64,000 nt of DNA, taken from NCBI GenBank assembly GCA_964016885.1, contig OZ024740.1:29450001-29514000 (forward strand), given 5' to 3'. The position numbers and the translations under genes were made by a program. Below the pieces are notes generated by a model. It was not told the DNA's origin, did not search any database, and was given only the letters and a program-made list of their open reading frames with translations. The first letter of the stretch is position 1, and each line of letters begins with the position of its first letter. This stretch comes from Eledone cirrhosa (Eukaryota). Shown here one piece after another: positions 51,410 to 64,000 of the stretch.

Positions 51410-54400
51410 ACGATAGCAACTAACAGCGCTGCGATCGAATGTGGCTTTTTAGCCCAGCCAATGATCTAAAATGTCTTGCACAGAGTCGGCAACCAAAACA
51501 TTCACTGGGAATAGTCGGCTGTGGTTGGAGTTCGTGTACTTTTACATGTCGCTTGAGCCCTCCTGCTGATTTACATTCTCTACCACATGTTTGGCAAGCA
51601 TGATGAGTAGCATCTCCAACAGCAACCTGGTAGTCAACCACTGGTCTTACTTTATGATTGCGAAGATGACTTTCGAGTCCAGCTTTGCTTAGGCAGAGTC
51701 TCACACATACTCTGCATGTCAGCACCATAGGAGGACCCTCGCCGTCTGGAAGTGCAACAGCAATGCCCTTCCTCACATCCCGCTTTACTCTCTCGTATGC
51801 GATTCGAGATGCCTCAAAGGCAACTTTTCCCTCATATACAGTCTTTCTCCATTTATTACGATCAGCAGCAATATTCTCCCATGTATCAGCAGAGATGTTA
51901 GCGTCTTTCGGAGAGGCTTTCAAGGAATCCTTATACCTCTTTTTTGGTTTATGTGGCGGTCGTTTTCCTTTAACCAACTCTCCATAAAAGAGTTGTTTTG
52001 GTATTCTAGAATCCTTCATCCTGGCAAGGTGACCACTCCAACGGAGTCATTGCTTAAGCACAAGAGCTTCTATACTGTCACACATAGAGCTTTCCAAAAT
52101 CTCGACATCACTGATGTGGTCCCTCCAGTGAACGCTATGGATCCGTCTAAGACACATCTGATGGAAACGCTCCAATTGCTTAAGGTGGTGTCGATATGTG
52201 ACCCAGGTCTCGCAGGCATAAAGAAGACAAGAGAGCACACATGCCCTGTACACCTTTACCTTTGTCCTCCTGCATATGTCTCGCCGACCCCAGAGTCGCC
52301 TTTCTAGCTTTCCGAAAGCATCACTTGCTTTCCTAATCCTAAGTGAGATTTCACTGTCAAGGTTGCCGTATCGATTGACAGTGCTTCCCAGGTAGACAAA
52401 CTGATCAACCACTCCAAGTCGTTTGCCATACACATAGATGTTTGGTTCAGTGTACTGCTTACCAGGGGCAGGTTGGTACATGACGATGGTTTTCTTGAGA
52501 CTGACAGTCAGACCTAGGGCAGTGCAAGCGTCAGAAAATGCATTCAAAATGTGCTGCATATCACTCTCTGTGTGCGCTACAAGATCGCAATCATCTGCAT
52601 ACAAGAGGTCTCTTATGATTGATGTAAATACTTTTGTCTTCGCAGCAAAGCGCCTGATGTTAAATATACTGCCTGAGGTTCGATATCGGATGTAAACACC
52701 ATGCTCGCAATTCCTGAATGCAATACAGAAAACCATTGCAAAGTATATGGCAAACAGAGTCGGTGCTGGAATATCCCCCTGTTTCACTCCATTTTTTTTT
52801 ACTGAGATAGGCTCCGACATTTTACCCCCGACATTAACCCAAGCCTTCATGTCGTTATGGAAAGACCTAACTAAAGCAAGGAACTTATCAGGGCAACCAA
52901 GTTTCTGGAGAACATTCCATAATGCATCTCTGTTAACAGTATCGAAAGCCTTTGTCAGATCGACAAAAACCTGATACAGATCCAAGCCTTGTTCAATGCA
53001 CTTCTCCTGGAGCTGTCTAGCTGAGAAGATCATATCAGTAGTGCCGCGTCCAGCACGAAAACCAGATTGACTTTCTGGAAGAACACAATCTGCAATGTGT
53101 GTCAGCAGACGGTCCAGAAGCACCCTACATAAAACTTTCCCTACGACAGAAAGCAATGATATACCTCTGTAGTTCCCACAATCGTTCCTGTTACCCTTTC
53201 GCTTGTACAATACCACCATTACTGCATCTCTCCAGTCCTCAGGTACGGATTCATTAGCCCATATCCTGCCAAACAAAGAGTGAAGATGTTGCAGGAGTCT
53301 CTCACCACCATATTGTAGGAGCTCAGCATGTATGCCATCTATACCTGGAGATCTTCCACTGTTCAGCTTCGAAATAGCCACTGCAACCTCCACAAGCGTC
53401 GGAGGTTCTGCGAGAGCTACTTTCACAGGACTTTCTGGAATGAGATTGAGGAAATCTTCACTGACGACAGACGGCTGATTAAAAAGATCATCAAAGTGCT
53501 CTCGCCACCTTCGTAGAATTCCCTGTGAGTCACGAAGAAGTTCTTTGCCATCCCTGCTGCGAAGCGGTGTCACCAGAGAAGAAGACGGTCCATAAACCTC
53601 ACGCAAGAGACTGTACAACAGCTTTGTGTTATTGGAATCAGACGCAGTTTATATCTCACCAGCCTTCTCACTCCACCACTGATCCTTCATCTGAGAAAGA
53701 CTCTGCCTAACGCGTGATTTTACATCCCTGAGTTCCTCATGCAACGTATTCCTCTCCTGTGGTTTTGCCGTCAAGTAGCGTTACAGAGCACGCCTCTTAT
53801 CAGCCAACAAGTCTTCTATATGTACATCATTCTCATCAAACCAGTCCTGATGTCTCCTCTGCGCCAATCCCAGAACACGCCTGCCTACATCATAAACCGA
53901 CTTTTTAAGGGTCGGCCAATCCTCACCAAGATCTGCAACCTGCATCTCTTCTTCCAATGTCCTCTTCACATTTTTATCCTTAAGACGAGCAGCATTCAAT
54001 CTTTTGGGCAGGGCAACACCAGGAGCCCGGATTTTACGTTTAGTGATTAGTTTCACTTTTGCGCGTACCAGGCGGTGGTCCGTCCAGCACTCAGCTCCAC
54101 GAAGAACACGAACACACTGCACATCCTGTCTGTCACGCATCCTGACTAGGACGTAGTCCAAAAGATGCCATTCCTTAGATGCAGGATGCATCCATGTGGT
54201 CTTGAATTTGTTCTTTTGTTGGAACATGGTGCTGGTAACACACAGATCCAGCTCCTCACACATCTGCAGCAGGAGCATACCATTGCTGTTACACTTTCCC
54301 ACCCCATGCCTTCCGATTACATTCCATGTGTTAAAATCCCTACCCACTCTAGCATTAAAGTCACCAAGCACGATGACTTTGTCTGCCTGAGGGATATTTC

Positions 54401-54571
54401 TTAAAACACCTTTCAAGGCATGGTAAAAGGACACCTTTTCCTCATCGACAGAACTCGTAGTTGGAGCATACACACTCACCAGGGTAGCATATCTTCCCTT
54501 GTCCAGCGGTACTCTCATGGACATAAGACGCTCACTAATCCCTACTGGGAATTCTTCTAATTTGTTCACAA
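51410..54571 (-). mobile_element. RTE/BovB-like LINE, 5'-truncated, with three C-terminal C2H2-type fingers
   Basis: APE (VYAPT, GDFNA, LDY, TDH), RT (DLTKAFD, GVKQG, YADD), CxxC..H..H repeats. Confidence 0.9.
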
Positions 54572-54919
54572 GCATACATACATACATACATACATACATA
54601 CATACATACATACATACATACATACATACATACATACATACATACATACATACATGTGCCACACACTTTATACGGAATTATCAATAGAATTGTTGGCGTG
54701 CTTTCATGCTTGCTGGAAATTTGTTCTCATCATTGTTGCATACATTGAAAACTGTGTCTTTGGATGGATCTCCTTGTGTCTCTATTCTGTCTGTTACAAA
54801 GTCTGTTAACGTATCAAATAAGAACTGAGGGTTTTGTGTAAATATTAGCCATGAGAGAGATTGGGGTAGCTACAGGCACACCAATGGGTGAGTAGGATTT
54901 CTTTAGGGGATTGTACTTG

Positions 54920-55765
54920 ATTGATGATGATGATGATGATGATGATGATGTGGTGATAGTGGTGGTGGTGCTGTTAGTGGTGGAGGTGTTGGTCGATGGT
55001 GGTGGTGGTGTTGATGGTGTTGGTGGTAGGTGGTGTTGGTGATGGTGGTGGTGGGTGGTGTTGATGATGGTGGTATGGTGGGTGGTGTTGATGTTGGTGG
55101 TGGGTGGTGTTGGTGGTGGTGGTTGTGGTGGTGATGGGTGGTGTTGGTGATGGTGGTGGTGATGGGTGGTGTTGGTGATGGTGGTAGTGGTGGGTGGTGT
55201 TGCTGGTGGTGGTGGTGGTGGGTGGTGTTGGTGGTTTTGGTGGTGTTGGTGGGTGGTGTTGGTGGTGTTGGTGGTGGTAGTGGTGGTGGTGGTGGTGGTG
55301 ATGGTGGTGGTTTTGGTGGTGGTGGTGTTGGTGGTGGTGTTGATGGTGGTGGTATTGGTGGTGGTGGTGGTGGTGGTGGTGGTGGTGGTGGTGGTGGTGG
55401 TGGTGGTGGTGGTGGTGGTGGTGGTGGTGGCAGTGATGTTGGTGGTGGTGGTGGCTGTGATGGTGATGGTGATGGTGGTGGGTGGTGGTGGTGGTGATGT
55501 TGGTGGTAGTGATGTTGGTGCTGGTGGTGGAGGTGATGGTGATGGTGGTGGGTGGTGGTGGTGGTGGATGGTGGTGATGATGAGGGTGATGGTGATGGTG
55601 GTGGTGGTGGTAGTATTGGTGGCGGTGGTGAGGTTGATGATGATGATAAGGGAGGAGGATGAAATTTCAGAGATAGAAGAGTGGAACGAGAGAGGTGGTG
55701 GTGGAGGTGGTGGTGTAGGTGTTGGTGGAGGTGGTGGTGGTGGTGGTGGTGGTGGTGGTGGTGGT
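54920..55765. repeat. Degenerate (GGT)n tract
   Basis: Direct reading. Confidence 0.95.
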
Positions 55766-55972
55766 ATATTGACCCATCTCGGAGGTGATGATGGGCGGAG
55801 TTAATTAATCAGGTTACCTCCCTCGCTGATGAAGAAGTCACGGTTCAGTCTGTTGTCCAATTGATATCCCAGCTGTTTAGCTTCTTTTGTGGACTTGTGC
55901 AGCTATTTCGTAATTATACACCCCTTGCTACAAACTGGCCAATTACTTTAACGCATACATACACACACATAC

Positions 55973-56157
55973 GCGGTGGATTGGCAGAATCGGTAGAGGG
56001 TCGGACGCCATGCTTTGACGCATAGAGTTACGGTTCTTTCCATTCTGAGTTCAAATCCCGCCGAGATTAACTTTACCTTTCATCCTTACGAGGTCGATAA
56101 AGTAAAGTACCAGTAATACACTGGGTATTTTGCTGGCCTTGTGCCAAAAGTAGAAAC

Positions 56158-56161
<4 letters not shown>
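55973..56161 (+). mobile_element. SINE copy
   Basis: A-box TGGCAGAATCGG, B-box GAGTTCAAATCC. Confidence 0.88.
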
Positions 56162-56195
<34 letters not shown>

Positions 56196-56414
56196 CCATG
56201 TAGAGTGATGATTAAAAAAAATTATATAAAATTATATATATAATTTTTTTTTAATCATTACTCTACATGGCTGAATACAATAAATATAATCTGAGTTTTT
56301 CAAATATTAATAATAATATTCGATTCGTTTGAAATTATGCTAACAGCCTCTTTTTTAAAGCCATGTCAGTAGAATGAGCCCCTCATTCTTGCTCTTGTGT
56401 TGGCATTTAAACAA

Positions 56415-56462
56415 AACTGCTGACACTAATATTTCTGGGTATTACCCTTCATCAGTGCAGTT
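56415..56462 (-). ncRNA. Degenerate hammerhead ribozyme
   Basis: aactgca CTGATGA a gggta a taccc a GAAA tattagtg TC agcagtt; the first stem I pair is mismatched. Confidence 0.5.
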
Positions 56463-56508
56463 CATATATATATATATATATATGTAACTGCTATGTTAGA
56501 GCGAAATA

Positions 56509-56582
<74 letters not shown>

Positions 56583-57310
56583 GATATATAAAATAAGAAT
56601 TTGAAGGGGCTAGCATAAGTTTCCCTGCTAGTAGCGGTTGTATCTCACCGTACTCAATAGGTAAGGTTATGTAACAATCCCAGTGTAGACACAAAAATAA
56701 TTGTGCTTCAATACAACACACGTAAATGGGTACCATAAATCTATATCCGTACTCGAGTTTAGGCCACACTTAGTGTAGCAATTGACTGCACAGCGTCCAC
56801 TGTCAGCATTTATTATGCAACAATGTACCATCAGCACATGTGTGTGTTTTTATTGGGAACATGAGCCTCCCAATTATAACAATATCTGTTTCAACACGCG
56901 TTTTCAGATGAGAAATCCTGCAAAACAATTGTATATATATATATATATGAAATGTATAGCCTTACACACGCTGACGAAACATGGGCTATTCCATTTCAGT
57001 CAACAACATCTTGGCGAATAATATCTCTTTGGATTTGTACATGTGTGCTCTATAGCTATAGAGCTACGTATATACATTTTAATTCATATTTTTAATTATT
57101 GTTTCATAGGTTATAGATTCCATACACTATCTCTCTCTAGTGTGTTACCTTTTCAAGAAGGGATATTCAATTTGTTGGTAATTCAACAAATATAAATGTT
57201 TATAACTGATTCAGAACACTCAACAAATATCTGGAGTATAATATACAAGGATAACTTGAACCGTTAAGGCATATTCTCCTTGGTTATGTCAACATTTATA
57301 AAACACAGTG

Positions 57311-57371
57311 TATTTTATCTGATGATAGCGTACCAAAATTTAGTTACACTTGAAATATATATAATAGAATA
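57311..57371 (+). ncRNA. Hammerhead ribozyme (family of 31616 and 51000)
   Basis: tattttat CTGATGA tagcgta..tacactt GAAA tatata TA atagaata. Confidence 0.65.
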
Positions 57372-57432
57372 AATATGGTTTTATAAATATAGTTTCCATT
57401 TATTTAATATCATTGTATATATATATATATAT

Positions 57433-57502
<70 letters not shown>

Positions 57503-57588
57503 GGTAAACAGAAATAACAACACAATCGGTATATTACAGTATATGGAAGGGATATATTAGGTTAACGCTTGATATAGCAGGAAGAGGG

Positions 57589-57624
57589 TCTTAACGTTTC
57601 GGACGCTAGTCCTTCATCAGAAGA
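57589..57624 (-). ncRNA. Minimal hammerhead ribozyme
   Basis: tctt CTGATGA a ggac tagc gtcc GAAA cg TT aaga; palindromic AACGTT stem III. Confidence 0.82.
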
Positions 57625-57709
57625 AGGAACGAGAAATAAGATAGATTGAGGGGACGGGCGGGTCGGAATTGGAAAAAAGTCTTTAGATAAAAATATATAT
57701 ATATGTATG

Positions 57710-57791
<82 letters not shown>

Positions 57792-58212
57792 CGTGTTGGT
57801 ATTCATTGGCGTATATGTGTATACGTAAAAAGCGTATATTGTATTATTCATGCTTGTGTGTAGTTGTGTGTGTGAAGGTGCGTATTGACGTGTGTTGGTA
57901 TGGGTGCGCTGTGTTGTTTCAATAAACCCGTGCTTTTGGAAAACCTCCGGCATCCGTACCTAAGTAAGTGTGGGTGTATGAATTTAATTACTTCCGCTTT
58001 AACCTCGAGTTTCTTGAAAGGGATCTTCCCTGCCCCATAATAACTGGAAGTCTTTGATAAACGTTCCCTTGCTATTGACTAATCAACAAAACCATGTTCC
58101 ATCTGCCATTTTAATTTCTGTTGGCTGACTTGGTGAAACAGATAACTCAGTATGTCTGGGCAATTTTAGGGTCGGTGAGACGATTTGAGCAAACTTCATT
58201 ACTACACATACG

Positions 58213-58246
<34 letters not shown>

Positions 58247-58297
58247 CACACACATATGTATATATATATATACTGCATATATATATATATATATATA

Positions 58298-58440
58298 TAT
58301 AACAAAGGAAGTGTGGTAAGGAACCAGATGGACCATAACGCACCAGAGTACTCAATACTTAGGGTAGTAATGTGGGAAATAGGAAAAAGTATGACGCCGA
58401 CGACTTGAACTCTGACGTCGGGGTCATACTTTTTCCTATA
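58298..58440 (-). mobile_element. Miniature of a sister subfamily of the 16372 Penelope 3' end
   Basis: Tail homologous to 20341-20420; ~24 bp inverted arms. Confidence 0.8.
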
Positions 58441-58911
58441 TATATATATTAACGAATATATTATATACGTATATATATATATAGAGAGAGAGATGGGGAG
58501 AAATAGATAGATAGATGGATAGATAGATAGATATATTTCTTTATTGGATAGATGGATATATATATATAGAGATATATGTGTGTGCGTGTGTGTGTGTGTG
58601 TGTTTATGTTTGTGAAAGACTGTGTGTGTGCGTGTGTGCATGTGTATGTGTGTGTATGTGTGTGTGTAACAACTCAAACTATTACCTTTGCAATATATTT
58701 TGCTGCCCATTTTGTGGTTAAACTATTGGTGAATATGGATGAGTTGAATATTTTTAAAGTTTCATCAATGATTGTCACTGGTTTGGTTAATCCGGATAAA
58801 ATTGAATCTCCTACCGTTCAGTTCCGGCTGATAATATACATAGCCAACTGGAACACAGAAACACCGTTTCCTATTTTTTTTATTTTGAACATATATATAT
58901 ATATTTTTTGA

Positions 58912-58995
<84 letters not shown>

Positions 58996-59006
58996 GCAAG
59001 TTTGAA

Positions 59007-59257
59007 GAACAGTCAGATAAAATATACCCAATTTTTCTTCTCCTTAGTCCGTAGAAATGAACTAGATAAATAATCATTAAAACGGAGCTAAGTTTAAAAT
59101 GTAACTTCGAAGAAATAACAGATAAATGATACAGACTATATCCCTCGAGGAACAGTCAGATAAAATTTACCCAGTCTTTCTTCTTAGCCCGTAGAAATTA
59201 ACTAGACAAATAATCAATTAAACGGAGCTAAGTCTAAAATGTAAGTTTGAAGAAAAA
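59007..59257 (+). repeat. Diverged direct repeat, 143 bp period
   Basis: gaacagtcagataaaat..aacggagctaagt appears twice. Confidence 0.8.
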
Positions 59258-59626
59258 ATGCATATAAACTTTATATATATATATGGCTATGGCTGTTATG
59301 ATTCATGAGATGTTTTCCTAGATAAATTGTAGTATCATACATTTTAAAATCTCTATGACTGTTACATTAAGCAACGTTTTTCTTACTCACACATCCTCTA
59401 TTGAATTTATTACGTTTTCGCATTTTCTCATAATTAGGGTATAAATGTTAAATTTTCTCTTAGGTTAATCACTACCTTGATTAAATCTTAACCATTTAAC
59501 ATCTCAGGGTAAGTCATGTATCATTATATTTTGTCTGATCAGGACGTACTATTGTACATCCGAAATATGTATAATAAAATCTAATTGATCAAAAGAACAT
59601 CTATTTTTTTAATATATATAAATATA

Positions 59627-61025
<1,399 letters not shown>

Positions 61026-61040
61026 ATATATATATTTATT

Positions 61041-61230
61041 TATTTAATATAGAAAGTCTTCTACAGGACTAGAACTGTTTCATTCGGGAGAAATCATCAG
61101 GCTTCCTGATGATTTCTCCCGAATATAACAGTTCTAGTCCTGTAGAAGCCTTTCTATATTAAATATTTATACTGTGCTTTGTATTGAGTACCTTACTTAC
61201 TGTGGTTACCCCCGATTGAACCCGGGATAT
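61041..61230 (+). mobile_element. Mini fold-back HHR element (29405 family)
   Basis: Inverted HHR pair about 61102 plus tail. Confidence 0.8.
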
Positions 61231-61231
61231 A

Positions 61232-61404
<173 letters not shown>

Positions 61405-61422
61405 ATATATATGTATATATAT

Positions 61423-61606
61423 AAGAGCTTCTACAGGACTAGAACTGTTTCATTTGTGAGAAATCATCAGGAAGCTTCTTGATGATTTCTCACGAATGAA
61501 ACAGTTCTAGTCCTGTAGAAGCTCTTCTATATTAAAACATTTATACTCTGCTATGTATTGATTATCTTACTTACTGTGGTTACCTCCGATTCAACCCGGA
61601 ATAACT
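61423..61606 (+). mobile_element. Mini fold-back HHR element; intact HHR at 61426-61476 (-)
   Basis: agcttc CTGATGA tttctcacaaat GAAA cagttctagtcctg TA gaagct. Confidence 0.8.
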
Positions 61607-61782
61607 TATATATATATATATTGTTATACTTGGGAAGAGTCATATTGTTGTAATATTACAAGAAATAATAACAGAACACACTCACTGTTTGGTTGGTTTT
61701 CACTTCTGTATCTTTCATATCTCCATAGTTAATTTATTTGGCAAACAATGTTTATCAGTGATTGACCGATATACAGATATAA

Positions 61783-62969
<1,187 letters not shown>

Positions 62970-63150
62970 ATCAAAGTTCTTTCGTTGCACATCTGCAACA
63001 TCATCAGTGGTACTATTATGTTTCCTTCTATTGTATTGTATTTTATTGTATTGTATGTCTACGCCTATTTTTATTTTTATTTATTTATTTATTTATTCTT
63101 GCCTCTGTCTCTGTGCATGCGTTTGCGTGTATATATGTATATATATATAT

Positions 63151-63230
<80 letters not shown>

Positions 63231-63579
63231 AGTTCTACGACAGTTAATTAACCATTGCCGAGGACATTTGTTAATGAACTGTTGTGGAACTACTTCTACC
63301 AAACTGAGAACTCTACACCTTCACAACTTCCACCAAGCGATGCTTCTCCCACCATCTCTCTCTTTCACCACCTCTTCATTATAATCCCCCCCCCCATACA
63401 TATCACACATACCCAAACATTCCTTCTAGCAAAACCAATCAAAACGAACTAAAATTGACCACCATAAATAAATGTGAATCGTTATATATTGTTTCTAAGA
63501 GGTTCAGTCTGTCATTACCACAACAGAAGTCCGACGAGTTTTTTTTATTCCTGAGTTGGGCCAGATCGATACAGATCGA

Positions 63580-63861
63580 ACCGATAAAATAAAGTACCAG
63601 TATACGCTGGGATAATTGCTGGCCTTGTGCGAAAAGTAGAAACAATTATTATTATTATTATTATTGGTTTCTTATATAGGCACAAGGCCAGCAATTTTGG
63701 GGGAGAGCAAAGTCGATTAAATCGACCCCAGTGCATGACTGGTACTTTATTTCATCCTTACGGAGTCGATAAAATAAAGTACCAGTCACGCACTGGGGTC
63801 GATTTAATCGACTTTCTCCTTTCACAAAATTGCTGGCCTTGTGCCTATATAAAAAACAATT
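63580..63861. mobile_element. SINE 3' fragments, including an inverted pair (63664-63861)
   Basis: gataaaataaagtaccag..ttgctggccttgtgc in both orientations. Confidence 0.75.
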
Positions 63862-64000
63862 ATTATTATTATTATTTCTTTCTGCTTAATACTACACCTC
63901 TATACTTACAGGAAACTATGCATCGAGTGCTCACTCTGGTGAACCCATAGTAACTGGTCGTTATGATCCCTAAATATATATATACACACACATCGGTCTT

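Noticed and set aside
55810-55905. Minus-strand exon (LHKSTKEAKQLGYQLDNRLNRDFFISEG) and CTGATGA at 55826
   Set aside because: Weak acceptor, unrecognised peptide, and no GAAA or stems for a ribozyme.
56965-57047. Hammerhead at CTGACGA 56971
   Set aside because: GAAA is missing (GAAT) and the stems are poor; at best decayed.
59007-59257. CRISPR-like or ribozyme tandem array
   Set aside because: Only two diverged units, with no spacers or catalytic core seen.

Overview
AT-rich, microsatellite-dense metazoan DNA made almost entirely of retroelements. The repeat style and the tRNA-head SINE suggest a cephalopod such as octopus (inference). No host gene is securely identified. It contains several restriction-like-endonuclease LINEs (R4/Dong-like), a near-intact L1/Tx1-like LINE, two RTE LINEs, about 8 SINE copies and two near-intact Penelope-like elements (RT + GIY-YIG with a CxCx5Cx5C linker). 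The main signal that the ORF track misses is about 27 type I hammerhead ribozyme (HHR) motifs read by eye, from at least 10 sequence families. They lie in the autonomous Penelope elements and in many non-coding fold-back or tandem elements inserted in (TA)n, including circularly permuted 522, 558 and 702 bp retrozyme-like units. These insertions share one architecture: a sense arm ending in a 3' tail, and an antisense arm that begins at a fixed site upstream of that tail. Two families carry a compensated U3-A8 catalytic core. All folds and coordinates were determined manually and may be off by a few nt.
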